From positions 248,001 to 312,000 of IMG/VR virus record IMGVR_UViG_3300042502_001233: a stretch of DNA of 64,000 nt, one strand, 5' to 3'. Positions 10,746 to 22,501 of the stretch are shown piece by piece. The translations under genes were made by a program, and so were the position numbers. A model generated the notes under the pieces. That model saw nothing but the letters and a program-made list of their open reading frames with translations. It was not told where the DNA came from and ran no database searches. Position 1 is the first letter of the stretch. Every line of letters starts with the position of its first letter.

Positions 10746-12646
10746 TTATTCATTATCAGAATTATAGTAACCAACATAATTTTCCTCTTTACGCAAAAAT
10801 GGTTTCATCTTTTTAATGATTTCAACCTTTGCGTTTGTTGGAAATTTATGTACCAACAATTTTTCAATTACCTCTAAAATAGGTGTGTTGGTTGTTGTAT
10901 CATCAAATTTCATTCTAACATTGATACTCCAATCTTTTGGAATACTGCCGTGATTACGTTCACTAACTTTGGCTCTTTTTAAGCCACGTTCAATAGCAAT
11001 TATTGGTGTTTGATACACATCAACTTCATCATCGTACCAATCGATTTCATCAAAGTAAACACGCATTGAAAGTAGTTTCTTGGTTCTTATGGATTTCCAA
11101 AACTGCTCAACTTCGTTTCTAAGTTTATCTTCGTTAACATATAGTTGTGATTTTCTACTACTATAAGCATAATCGCTACTAACTTCTATTGAAATGGTAT
11201 TATCGGAATTTCTGCCTAAGTTTATTTCAAGGCAATCTTTGGTAAATTGTGAGTTCATAAGAATAATGTATTAATTGTTTCCGAGTGCAAAGATATACAA
11301 AGATTTTTAATATGCAAACATTTTAACAAAAAAAATAAGGTACTAATTTTTTTAGTCAGTACCTTATTATTTAAAGCGTATAAACTTATTTAAAATTCAC
11401 GTTGTTCTAATTCTATTGTTATCTCATCTAACTCCAATCTGAAAAAGTCAGTTAAGATATGTGGAATAAGTTTAGTTAGAAATTGTTTGTAAACTTCATA
11501 ATTTTGTGCTTTGCTTTTTACAAAATAGTAACTCGTTTCATAGTTGCCACTAAAATAGCTATGGTTAGTTTCTTCGTGTTGTTTATAACCTTGCATAAGG
11601 TTATTTACTTTCACTTTGTATTGCCCTATATGAATACTCGTGCTTATTCTTGTTTTGGTGTTGTGATGAAAAGAAACTCTTAACGTTTTGGTTTCTTTTA
11701 ATAGTTTAAGGTCAGGTTCAGCAAACATTGTGAAACTGCTAACCATTGGTGTTGGTACTTCTACTAAATTTACTTTCATTGTGATATAAGTTTAATTGGT
11801 TTCAGTTGCAAATGTAAAACAAATAAACCACAATACCAAAAATAATCATAAAAATAATCAAAAAATTTATTATAAATTTAAAAAGTTTTCTAAATGCTAA
11901 ACTAAATAGCATATCTATTTCATTATTTACCATATAAGTTTATTTGATTTTAGTAGGGTCTAACAACACTTCGCCATCAATCGTAAAGTCAGCGCCACAA
12001 TCATCGCAACATAACATTGTATCGTTTTCCATTTCAAATTTACCCTCTAACGTATGTTGGTGAACTCCCTCGCCCAACAAAATTGTTTTTCTTGTTTGTA
12101 ACATAAGATTATTGTTTAATTGATTATTATTTTGCAAATGTACGATATTAATTTATATCTACCAAATTTTTATTTAACTTTTTTTGAAACTTCAATACAA
12201 CTCATATCAAAATCTTTGTCGTGTTCAAACACAACTTTTTGAATATTGTTATAAGCTGGGTGATTACGATGCCTAAATTCCGAAATAAGTTTATCCCCAC
12301 TCTTGTACGTTCCAAGATACTGCCAACTTTCACCATTGTTAAGTGCTACGTTAGGTTCTTCAATGTTTTCATTGATTGGGTGATTGGATAACTTATCCCA
12401 TAAGTTTATCCATTCTTGACTATCTCTCTTTATAATAACAAAATCCATATAAGTTTATTCTTTTAACCAATGCGTTACAATTTGATTGCTTACATTGAAA
12501 CTACTTTTTTCTTTACCAGTCTGTTTGTCTTTGGTGATAGAAAATGTAGCATCAAGTCTATGTACGTACCCCATACTTGTTTTGGTTCTTACAAGATATT
12601 TTCCTGCAACGCTAGGTTTCTCAATAGTAATATCAATCCATTCCAT
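10746..12646 (-). CDS. Small early hypothetical genes (10746, 11390, 11940, 12170, 12455)
   Basis: ORF track; 12455 probably starts at MEWIDIT (12646). Confidence 0.65.
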
Positions 12647-12764
12647 AGTAAATACTTTAAATAAGTTTAATTGTTGGTGCAAATATAAGAAAACATTTTG
12701 AATAAAAAAAGAAAAAGGACAAAAATTTTCATCTTTGCCCTTGTTCAACCAATTAAACCAATCA

Positions 12765-13331
12765 CTACCAACTTGAACGATAGAAAATTGTTTGGGTTTT
12801 AAAGTCCGTTTCGTTTAGGACTTTAGATATTATCTCAATGGTTTCTTCAATATCTTGAAAATACCATTCGTTAAATTCAGTTCCACCAAAAAAGAAACCA
12901 CTTGTCGTTGGCAAAATTTCTTCACAACCTTTGCCTTGTATAATTCCGTCATTCAAATAAACTTCTTTGAGTGCCAATGCTTGTTTGCATAACGACATAA
13001 GTTTATTTAGTTTTTCTTGGCTAACTTTTGTTAACTGACATTCGTCTATACCACCTTGACATTCTTGTACAAAGTACGTGTGTATTTGATTGGCTTTACG
13101 CCAATATCCAATATCCTCAAAGATTGATAACCAAGTGGAATATTTGCCACGTTCTTTGACCACTTCATCTAATTGTGAATAAGCTTGTTTACTTCTACCT
13201 TTGATACTTTTACGAACTGACTTAAAAGCTTCTTTAGGTACGTCGCTAATAGTGTTATCCACTTTGCTATAATCGTCAGCAGTAAGTCCTTTGACTTTTT
13301 TAGAGCGGTATAAATATTGGTCAAGACCCAT
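12765..13331 (-). CDS. Conserved phage hypothetical protein (MGLD.Y...YWRKAN.IH...GFFFG...Y.SSW type)
   Basis: Recognisable motif set common in phages. Confidence 0.75.
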   Translation of the reverse strand: MGLDQYLYRSKKVKGLTADDYSKVDNTISDVPKEAFKSVRKSIKGRSKQAYSQLDEVVKERGKYSTWLSIFEDIGYWRKANQIHTYFVQECQGGIDECQLTKVSQEKLNKLMSLCKQALALKEVYLNDGIIQGKGCEEILPTTSGFFFGGTEFNEWYFQDIEETIEIISKVLNETDFKTQTIFYRSSW

Positions 13332-13393
13332 AATATAATAATTTTAATTGTTTTACGATGCAAATATATAATATTAATTTTAAACTACCAAAT

Positions 13394-14095
13394 TTATTTA
13401 AAACATTCTGTTGAACTACCATTAAATTTTAATAGCGGTACGTACCTATTTTTGCTTTTTAATCTTTTAAATCTTTTTTCTAAATCCCATATATAAGCTA
13501 AGTCGTTTGATACAACTTCTTTTATTATCTCAAATTTATACGGCATATGTTCTTTATGTGAATAACGTTTCTTTGTTGTTGTAGAAGTTATCCCAAACTT
13601 ATAAAACTCTTCCGTATCGTTGTAACATTTGATAATGTAAAAAACACCTTGCCTACCTTTGGCTTTAGCAATCCAATCATTTTTTTTAAGTGTGCTATAC
13701 ATATATCCGCATTCCCTACAACCTTGTTTATTTGTTGTGTGTGAAGCAGCTTTAATATCAAACTCACCATGAATAGGACAAACAATTTTAACTTTGTTTC
13801 TAGCGGTAGTGTATTCAGTTTTGGTATAATCGTATTTATCACCATGAACATCTTTAGCTTGTTGGATAAACTTATTTGTTTCACTTCTGCGATTATCTCT
13901 ATTAATGTAACCACATTGTTTGCAACCTTGTCCCTCCCAATGGTTTTTTGGTGATATAGTAAAATCACCATGCAATTTGCACGTTACTATAATATTAACA
14001 CGTTTATTAACGTATTCGGTTTTAGAATAGTCGTACTTATCACCATGAATAAGTTTAGCTCGTTTTAATAGTTCAATTGTATCTAATTTTTTCAT
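13394..14095 (-). CDS. Homing endonuclease with CxxHG (DUF723-like) repeats and GIY-YIG-like C-terminus
   Basis: HGDKYDYSK...CPIHG repeats; FYII...YKFGIT. Confidence 0.75.
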   Translation of the reverse strand: MKKLDTIELLKRAKLIHGDKYDYSKTEYVNKRVNIIVTCKLHGDFTISPKNHWEGQGCKQCGYINRDNRRSETNKFIQQAKDVHGDKYDYTKTEYTTARNKVKIVCPIHGEFDIKAASHTTNKQGCRECGYMYSTLKKNDWIAKAKGRQGVFYIIKCYNDTEEFYKFGITSTTTKKRYSHKEHMPYKFEIIKEVVSNDLAYIWDLEKRFKRLKSKNRYVPLLKFNGSSTECFK

Positions 14096-14135
14096 AACAT
14101 ATATTTTATTATAAATATACGCTACGAATCAAAAA

Positions 14136-14153
14136 GTACATATCTAATCCCAT
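14136..14153 (-). pseudogene. Stranded 5' end (MGLDMY) of the 12765 gene
   Basis: ATGGGATTAGATATGTAC versus MGLDQY. Confidence 0.65.
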
Positions 14154-14163
14154 ATAAGTTTAT

Positions 14164-15351
14164 TTATAAAGCAGTTAAACTTGACTTAAACGATAACGTA
14201 TGTTTTTGAGTATGCTCTATTTCACGAGCCATTTTGTCTATATCTACCGAACGTAATTCATTTAACTTTTTAGTTATAGATAACATAATTTCGTTTTGTT
14301 CTTCAATAGAAAAATCACGTCTTAATAGATAAACTACTTTATTAACATATTCGTCTTTAATTTGTGGTTCTTGTTCCATAAGTTTATCCAACTTTTTAGT
14401 GGCTTTGTTTTTTAATGCAATAGTAATTAAAAATGCTTTTTTAATAAATGATTTCATAATATAGTTTTTAATTGTTCGGTGCAAAGATATACAAAGATTT
14501 TTAATATGCAAATAATTTAAAAAAAAAAGTGAGATAGCTTGCACTACCCCACTCTTCACACATTATGAATAAAAAATTAAAAAAAACTTATTTAGGTGAA
14601 ATCTGAAATCCCCAAGCCCAATGCCCGTTATCCAAATCCACAATTATTTTACGACCACTCGTAACTTTATCCCATAACACCTCGTTTACGAGACGACCAT
14701 GTTTAACCCCCTCTGCCTCGCATAAGGTTATTTCTTTTACTTTTGCCTCTTTTGGTTCGTCAATGCCCCAAGCACCACGCCAAATGACAGTGTCTCCTGT
14801 TTTTAATACATTTTCCATATTATAAGGTTTAATTGATTATGTTTGCAAATGTAAGAATTAAAATCGACACCCGCAAAAAATGATGCCGATTTTTTTTTCT
14901 ATATAAGTTTATTTGATTAACGTCGTTTTCTTTCACCCCACCCTTGGTCAGGGTCACCAAAACTTGGTTTGTCCAAATCTTCATAAGTTCCTTTGAAAGA
15001 TAGTGAAACTAATTTTAACGGATACTTTAGTTTCAATATATCCGCATCATAGCAACCAACATCAATACCCAACCCTCGGTTGTGGTCTGTATCTTCATCA
15101 ATCTCTTTCATAAGAGGATAATCACCGTCAAACTTCAACCCCTCTAGCTTATTCCAAAAAGCCAATAGTTCATACATATCATACTTAGGTTCACCATCTT
15201 CTTTGGTTCCCAAATAACCATAATCTTGATAAGTATCTTTTATAAACCCACCACCAAATTCTTGTGGTATCAAAAATTTAAACGACTTACCATAAGCTAT
15301 ATTTTCAACGTTTGTTAAATCATCTGCTTTATTCCAACTAAAACTTCCCAT
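14164..15351 (-). CDS. Three hypothetical genes (14164, 14588, 14917)
   Basis: ORF track. Confidence 0.65.
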
Positions 15352-15454
15352 AATTTTTTAATTTTAAATTCGGTACAAATATAAAAACAAAAAAGTGATA
15401 AAAAAAAACTTCTTACCACTTTTTTTTTTAAAAATTAATTCTTACGTTTGCAAA

Positions 15455-15814
15455 CTATAATTCAGCATCAAAATCACAACTGCCATTTTCTTTGATGCAG
15501 TCACGTATCTTGATACCTAACCCCAAGTCGGCATAGTCTGCCAACTCATCTTTGGTAACACCCAAAGCTTCGATATCTTTATCAGTATAACCATTTACGC
15601 TGGCAAAGAATTCATCCAACTTTTGTTTCTTGTCACCTAACTTTTCTTCGATGTTTGCAATTTCTTCTTCTACACTTTCCAAGTCTTCCTCCTAAAAAGA
15701 ATAGTTAATGTAGTTTGGCTCGTAAGCTTGACCACCAAATCTTTCTGCTGCTGTGGAGCTTTGAACAGCAAACCAGAATTTGCCCTCAATGTCTCCTGAA
15801 TAATACCTTCCCAT
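15455..15814 (-). pseudogene. Single gene (MGRYYSGDIEGKFWF...CDFDAEL) interrupted by an in-frame TAG at 15692-15694
   Basis: TCT TTT TAG GAG GAA GAC TTG GAA continues in frame into the 15455 ORF. Confidence 0.7.
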
Positions 15815-16050
15815 AATGATATGTTTTAAATTAGAATGCAAACATATAAAATCTTTTTTATATATGCAAATATTTTTTAAATATTTTTTACTGGTGCCTG
15901 CGCTACGCGGGGTTACACAAATGTGTACATGCGTGTCCGATGACCTAGCGGCACATAAGAAAGAGGGTCCCCGCAAAATATTTTTAATAAATAAGATAAA
16001 AACTTTACTTTTTATCTTATTACACTATATTTATTATAAACTAAATTTAT

Positions 16051-16221
16051 ATGAGAAAAAAATTAAATGAATCAGAAAAAAAGAAAAAACTAACTGTGAC
16101 AATTAATCCAGCGTTACATGATAAAATTAATACGTTACATAATAACGTATCAAAACACGTTGAGTGGTTAATTTATCAAGATTTACTAAAAAACAATAAC
16201 ATTAACGAAATGCCTTTATAA
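16051..16221 (+). CDS. Small ribbon-helix-helix-like protein overlapping the HNH start (TAATG)
   Basis: MRKKLNESEKKKNLTVTINPALHDKINTLHNNVSKHVEWLIYQDL. Confidence 0.55.
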   Translation: MRKKLNESEKKKKLTVTINPALHDKINTLHNNVSKHVEWLIYQDLLKNNNINEMPL

Positions 16222-16778
16222 TGACACCAGAAGAGAAAAAAGAAAAAAAGAGATTATATAATTTAAAATATAAAGAAAAAGCTAAAGAATACTATCAAGC
16301 TAATAAAGAAAAAATAAAAGAATATCAACAAAATTATAATAAAATTAATAGGAATTTGATAACAGAAAAACGAAAAGACTATTTGAAAGAATATCAAAAA
16401 ACGTACCAAACTGAATATCATAAAAATAGAAGGGAAAATGATATTCTTTATAGATTAACACTGAATATACGCTCACATATATCTCATTTGATTAAAAATA
16501 ATGGTTATAAGAAAACTGATAAAACAATAACGATACTTGGTTGTACTTTTGATGAGTTCAGAATTCATATAGAATCACTTTGGCAACCTTGGATGAATTG
16601 GGATAACTATGGAAACCCAAAAGATGGTATGTTAGAATATAATAAAACATGGGATATAGACCATATTACACCAACATCATCAGCAATAACAGAGGAAGAA
16701 CTAATTAAATTAAATCATTATACTAATCTTAAACCATTATGTAGTAAATTTAATAGACATATAAAAAGGGATAAATAA
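16221..16778 (+). CDS. HNH homing endonuclease, paralog of 10130
   Basis: ILGCT...WMNWDNYG...WDIDHITP...NHYTNLKPLC. Confidence 0.85.
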   Translation: MTPEEKKEKKRLYNLKYKEKAKEYYQANKEKIKEYQQNYNKINRNLITEKRKDYLKEYQKTYQTEYHKNRRENDILYRLTLNIRSHISHLIKNNGYKKTDKTITILGCTFDEFRIHIESLWQPWMNWDNYGNPKDGMLEYNKTWDIDHITPTSSAITEEELIKLNHYTNLKPLCSKFNRHIKRDK

Positions 16779-16836
16779 ACTTATCCCTTTTTATTCGAAT
16801 TAAAACATATTAGCATTATGAACTCTAATAATATTG

Positions 16837-18220
16837 TTAGTCTTTAGCTGCAAATAAATCAGCTAACGCTTTGATTTGTTTAATCTTTACTTTGACAGCT
16901 TTGGCTGTCATAAGATGAGCTGTTTCACTTTGATATCCATCCCAATAAGGTAAATGGATTAATTGTACTGGTTTAATAGCTGCCACCATGTATTCAGCAC
17001 TACCGTCAGCAACTGGAAAATGAATAACTTCTCCAACACATTCTTGGTCAGGGTTACGCTTAATGCACCAATCTTTTAATCTTGCTGTTAAATCAGCACA
17101 ATCTTTTTTGTATTGTTCGATATTTTCCCAATTAAATTCAGGTGCTTCGAATCCTTCTGGTAATGTATAAACTTTTGCCATTGTTATAGTGTTTAAATTA
17201 GAATGCAAATATAAAACATATATTTTAAATATGCAAATTATTTTTAATTAAAATCCTGAACCAATTTCCTGTGGCTCAAACAAACCCCACTTCTCCATAA
17301 GCTTATCCGTTATCTTAAGAGATTCATCTAAGAACCTAAGTTCCTTTTCAGTCTTGAGACCGAAATATTTTATAATTCCTTCTCTATCATTTTTTTCATA
17401 AACGATATGACTATGAATCAATTGTTTTGTTTCGATTGGAAGACTGGCGCACTCTGGCAAACCAGTCTTCATATAGTTATTTTTGTATGACATAAGTTTA
17501 TTTAGTTTTTATAGGTGACCTCCATTTTGGTTTTCAGGGTCACTGAATCCCCATTCGTCCTCATCGTCGTATAAGATAGCTTTATCCAACGCGTATCCAA
17601 CACGCTCGTTCAAGTCTTCATTCTCTATCAAGTAATCTTGAATATCGTCATCGCCAATTGAGTTGGGTACATCTACCTCAAATGCTACCTGTTTGCTGTA
17701 GTAACGTGTTACGGTTACTGTTACTTTACGTGTATCTGACATAAGTTTATGCGTTTTCATGTTCCTGTTTGGTTACGAAAGCCTCAAAGTCTACAGCGTT
17801 GCCGTCAAACAAAAGTCTACGTTTGTTGCTATATGAACCGTCTCTTTTTATATATCCAATCTCATAACACTTCAACGTTATTTGTTTGGTATCAAAGTCA
17901 ACCAATACATGGTACTCATACTCTTCACCAACATCTTTGGCGTTGTTTGAATAGATATAAAAACCACCTGCACTATCACCCTTGAAATGTGATATCATTT
18001 GCGCTGCGAAACATCCAGCACCATTAAACACTTTGCTTGTTTCGTTACAGCTGATACCATTAACCACAATACCTGACTTGATGAAATCTGCCAGTTCCTG
18101 TCCGTGACCGCTTGGGTATCCGTCAAATTGACGATACATAGTTAAAAGTTTCTCCTGTTTTTGTTTGCCGTTATCGTCGTTCCATACTTCGATAACTCTT
18201 GTTAATGAACGTGTTCCCAT
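16837..18220 (-). CDS. Four hypothetical genes (16837, 17248, 17509, 17747; the last probably starts MGTRS at 18220)
   Basis: ORF track; MGTR...Y...DGYP motif in 17747. Confidence 0.65.
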
Positions 18221-18376
18221 AATGAATATTATTTTAATTGTTAATTGAATGCAAATGTATGAATAAAATTTTACATAACCAAATATATACAAAGATTTTT
18301 AACCTGCAAACTTTTTTTAAACTTTTTTAATATTTTTTTATAGGGCCATATTGCAGGCCCCATAAAACAAATAAGT

Positions 18377-19108
18377 TTATTTGGTTTTGATTGCAAACCC
18401 ACTAGCAAAAGCCAATAAGTTTTTTTCACGACCACCTTTGCCAGTATTCTTTTTATACTTCAAACCGACAATAACGTTTTTTTCATCTAAAAAACGCAAA
18501 TCATCCAAATCACCGTTTATAACTTTGAAACCTTTGTACGTTTCAGGTAATTTGTCAAATACCATTGCAACATTAAACCCACGCTCCAATAAACCCATTG
18601 CTATAGTATCATTAGTTTCAGAACGTGAAAATGTTAAATGATAATTACTAGGTAACACTTTGTCAAAACGCAAATAGTTTTTAGTGTAATCGTAAAATTG
18701 TACATCAGGAAACAATTCGAAGATATTTTTACCGTCGAAGATTTTATACTTCTCATAAGGTAAATCACTAGTACCATTTAAACGAAATGTAACAATTGCT
18801 TTATCTTTGTTTTTATCGATAGCTTTTTGAACTTCACCTTTAAGCTTATTCAAAAAAGAAACCCTATCTTTGAGAAAAAATTCTGTTTTGTTTAATCGAC
18901 CCTGCATAACACTAGTATACATACCACCAAAGCCACTACCAACAAGACAACTATCTGCACACCCCTTAGAGGCGTGACTACATACGTTTATACCTTTGCT
19001 GTTTGCAGTGAACGGTGACATATACAATATGAAAGTCATATAGCCAAGCTTTTCACCTTTGATTGTTTTTGCATTGTTTGTACTCAATAACGGTTTTGTA
19101 AATTCCAT
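18377..19108 (-). CDS. Phage Gp88-like protein
   Basis: C.HAS.GC...CL, FRLNGTSD, QFYDYTK, YHLTFS, GD..DLRF motifs. Confidence 0.7.
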   Translation of the reverse strand: MEFTKPLLSTNNAKTIKGEKLGYMTFILYMSPFTANSKGINVCSHASKGCADSCLVGSGFGGMYTSVMQGRLNKTEFFLKDRVSFLNKLKGEVQKAIDKNKDKAIVTFRLNGTSDLPYEKYKIFDGKNIFELFPDVQFYDYTKNYLRFDKVLPSNYHLTFSRSETNDTIAMGLLERGFNVAMVFDKLPETYKGFKVINGDLDDLRFLDEKNVIVGLKYKKNTGKGGREKNLLAFASGFAIKTK

Positions 19109-19149
19109 AATAAAAATGTTTAATTGATTAATTCGAGTGCAAATATATG

Positions 19150-20025
19150 AATAGATTTTTAATATGCAAACTTTTACCTGGAAATTTTTATTTTTTTTTC
19201 AGGACCATACATATAAGCTTATACGTATATATTTCATTTGCGCATTGCTACACATTCTGTAGCATTCCGCAAACAGGATATACGGCCATGGCCCCAGCAG
19301 CCCGCTGCATCCTTCAGGCCAGAACCTTCACACATACATACATGTGATGACGCCAGCGCCAGCAAATATGCGGGTTAAGCTTTACCTCTTCAGGTCCCTG
19401 CAAAAATAATTGAAAAAAAGTATGCATGTTACTTGCATATGAAAAATCTCCATAGCACATTTGTCCCATGAAAATATCAGCACTGTGCAACAGCTGCACA
19501 ATACATCCCGCATTGCGGGACCAGATTTCTTTTGCCTATATGCAAATAAGTTTATTTGTTTTACCATCTCAGGCCATGCAGCGCCCGCTGCTCAAGATGC
19601 GCCCAGAATTCTCCATGGCGCCATAATCCCATCACCCGCGTGGGCTAGACACAAAAGTGTACATTCATGTCCGATGGCCATCATGGCCTAGCGGCACATA
19701 CAGGGTACCTTGCAATGCATAGTAGTTTAAAATTTTGGCTGAAAAAGTGGCGTGTGTTTTTGAAGGGGATAAAGCTTTCTTCCATATATCTTTTACGCCC
19801 ATAACTACCTCATAATCATCATTTCCATTTTTATGGGTGTGTTTTCAAGTATTTTTATTCGTTTTTACCATTTTTTTCCACATTTTACCACAAACTCCCA
19901 CGGGAATTGCTGCTTGTGCGTGTGGGTACATTTAGGAACGTATTAAAATACTATACATATATATTTTCATATGTATTATGAATGTATGTATATACGCATT
20001 CCATGTACACAAAAGTGTACATATA
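19150..20025. other. ~870-bp non-coding, locally GC-rich element with palindromes; second boundary of the early block
   Basis: No credible ORFs; tggcca/catg/tgca palindromes; ATGTACAC-AAAA-GTGTACAT at 20003-20022. Confidence 0.55.
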
Positions 20026-20027
20026 TG

Positions 20028-20402
20028 TTACCAGCATTTTAACAATTTCAGTTTATAGTTTTTATCATTTACATTATCTGGGTAATAGTGTAGGTCTATG
20101 GTATCCAATGTATCTTTGACTATTATGACAATTTTTATTTCTTCATAGTCATCATCAACGAGTCTATAAAAGAAGGTATTTTTTTTAATAAAAAATTGTT
20201 TTGACACTACATAAAGATTTTGTTCTTTGTATGGGGTTGTTATGTTTACTTCATATTTATCGAACACAACTTTTCCTATGGTATTTATTTCGTTCCATCC
20301 TTGTGGTGTTTTTATTTCTATGTAGTGAAATTCATATGTTCCTTCTAAGGTTTGTCCAAACGATGATAATGATAATAGTGTTAATAGTATTATATATTTC
20401 AT
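20028..20402 (-). CDS. Secreted hypothetical protein
   Basis: Bacteroidota-style signal peptide (MKYIILLTLLSLSSFGQ). Confidence 0.65.
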   Translation of the reverse strand: MKYIILLTLLSLSSFGQTLEGTYEFHYIEIKTPQGWNEINTIGKVVFDKYEVNITTPYKEQNLYVVSKQFFIKKNTFFYRLVDDDYEEIKIVIIVKDTLDTIDLHYYPDNVNDKNYKLKLLKCW

Positions 20403-20936
20403 TTTTTTTTTCTTAGTGTTTCTTCTTCTTGTTCTTTATCTTCTCCAAATAAATCATCACCTTTATAGTCTGGATGTTTTTCATGCATATCAGTAATTCC
20501 TTTAACCCAAAGAATACATATTATAAAAACGACTAGTATTGTTATTAGTATTCCCATGTTACTTATTTCTGAAATTAAGATAGGTTAGACCCAACATTAG
20601 GATGTTTGTTATTGGGTTAAGTAGTCTATCGTTATATGCGTAGCATACGATGTTTCCTATTACTAGCATTGCTATAGCGATTGCTCCGAATATGTGATTT
20701 GTTTTCATGATGTTTGTACTTTTTCTATTTGATTGGTTTTGTGATTGAACAACAAGTCGTCTCCTATGTGTTCGTATAGTGTTCCGTTCTTCTCAAAGGT
20801 TTTGCCATGTTTTTTTGACTTGGTTATTTCTTTGAGGGTTGTTGATGCGTCTTCGCACCAATGTCTTTGTGGTTGTTTTGCCATGGTTTATAGTATTATG
20901 ATGCAAATATACTACATTGTTTTTATATATGCAAAT

Positions 20937-21023
20937 TTATCTTGCAATATATACTTTTTCAATGTATACCAGAACGTTGTACTGATAACCGTTGTATTGA
21001 TGATATCCTAATTTATCTTGCAT
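20937..21023 (-). CDS. Truncated YAR-array unit (28 aa, MQDKLG...YIAR)
   Basis: Manual translation; not in the ORF track. Confidence 0.5.
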   Translation of the reverse strand: MQDKLGYHQYNGYQYNVLVYIEKVYIAR

Positions 21024-21997
21024 AATATATTTGGTCTTTTAAATTACTTTCATAATAATAGCTTATCCATAAACCAAATTGTTCACCATTGATATAATTC
21101 CCTATATTGCATAGATTTCCATTTGTCCAATACCATTCCCACAATCCGTGGCGTTGGCTTCTTCTATATGGTTTTTTATCTTGCATGGTATTCATGTTGT
21201 TCTCTTATTTCTCTGTTGTATCTAAGCAACGGTCTATAGTATAGATATCCGTAAGGTTCATCATTTATGAAATGAGTTTGAAGGAATATGTCACCAGTGT
21301 TTGCTGCATGCCATCGCCAATATCCGTGACGTTCACCTTGTTTGTTTCTTGGTGTAATATCGTTATCTTGCATAGTATTCATAACTTATTTTTCCAGTGT
21401 GCCAATGGAATTCTTTATATCCAACACTTACACCATCTATATAGTTTTTTATATAGTATAGTCCTCCATTATCGTGATATACCATCCATTTTCCGTTGCG
21501 ATTTTTGTGTTCGTTTTTTTGGTTTATTTTATATTGCATGATATACTGTTTCTGAATATTTGCCACAATTAAATTCATAATACCCATGCAATTTTCCGTA
21601 GATGTAGTGCGATATACTTAATAGTTTTCCATTTGACCAATATATAACATGTTGACCAATTTGATTACCGTTTGCGTATGAGCCTTTATCGTGTAACTGA
21701 CCGTTATCATGATATCTTTCCCAATAACCGTGTCTTTGTTTTTGTTTGTTTCTTGGTGTGATGTCTTTATCTTGCATAGTATAATTCATTTCCTATGTGT
21801 TCACAAAACCCATATATTGTCCTATTTAACATATTGCATTTCAACGTTAAACTACCATCTTCTGAATATGATTCATAGGGTCCAACAACATCACTGTTAA
21901 CAAATAACCCTTTAAAATGTAGCGTTCCATTGGAATAATATACTTCCCAATACCCATGGGCTTGATTTTGATTGTTAAATGGTTTGTTATCTTGCAT
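21013..21997 (-). CDS. Five overlapping MORN-variant/YwqK-like paralogs (stops at 21013, 21176, 21363, 21529, 21767)
   Basis: MQD..P.N...HG.W..Y..NG.....Y.NG...G......YYAR pattern. Confidence 0.75.
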
Positions 21998-22163
21998 AGT
22001 ATTCTATTATTCCTGAACTATTATAATAACTCCAATGTTCAAAGTACCCAAATTCTTCTCCGTTTATGTAGTGACCTTTGTACCATAAGTTATTGTTATC
22101 ATGATGTACCACCCAATAACCATGGGGTTCTTTTTTTTCGTTATGGGGTGTCTTATCTTGCAT
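21987..22163 (-). CDS. YAR-array unit (58 aa, MQDKTPHNEKKEPHGYW...EYYAR)
   Basis: Manual translation; below the ORF-track cutoff. Confidence 0.75.
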   Translation of the reverse strand: MQDKTPHNEKKEPHGYWVVHHDNNNLWYKGHYINGEEFGYFEHWSYYNSSGIIEYYAR

Positions 22164-22329
22164 AGTACGTTCTTTCGTTTATATAGTTATCAGCTACTCG
22201 GTACCATATCCAACCACCTAGAACTTCACCATTGACAACGTTACCACATACACGGTATGTTGGGTTCCAGCTGGTATCCCAAAATCCATGGGCTTATCCT
22301 AATAAGTTAGTTGGTTCTTTATCTTGCAT
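22153..22329 (-). pseudogene. YAR-array unit with in-frame TAA at 22294-22296
   Basis: MQDKEPTNLLG*AHGFW...TYYAR. Confidence 0.7.
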
Positions 22330-22501
22330 AGTAAAAACTTGTTATTAATTCTTCTTTGACTCCATAGTGGGCGCTGTGTCCAAACATTCTACCATTGATA
22401 TAGTTATAGGTGTTGGACATATTACCGTTAGCCCAACGATATATCCATAGCCCATAGGCTGCACCTCTTTCGTTTCTTTTGTTTGTTTCTTTATTTTCCA
22501 T
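22319..22501 (-). CDS. YAR-array unit
   Basis: Ends FYYAR. Confidence 0.75.
   Translation of the reverse strand: MENKETNKRNERGAAYGLWIYRWANGNMSNTYNYINGRMFGHSAHYGVKEELITSFYYAR

Noticed and set aside
15692-15694. Genome-wide TAG reassignment
   Set aside because: Long genes are intact under code 11 and several genes end normally in TAG (e.g. 778, 12765, 15455, 33332)
19147-19691. Short ORFs 19147, 19314, 19382, 19461
   Set aside because: They overlap on both strands, have atypical composition and lie in a palindromic non-coding element
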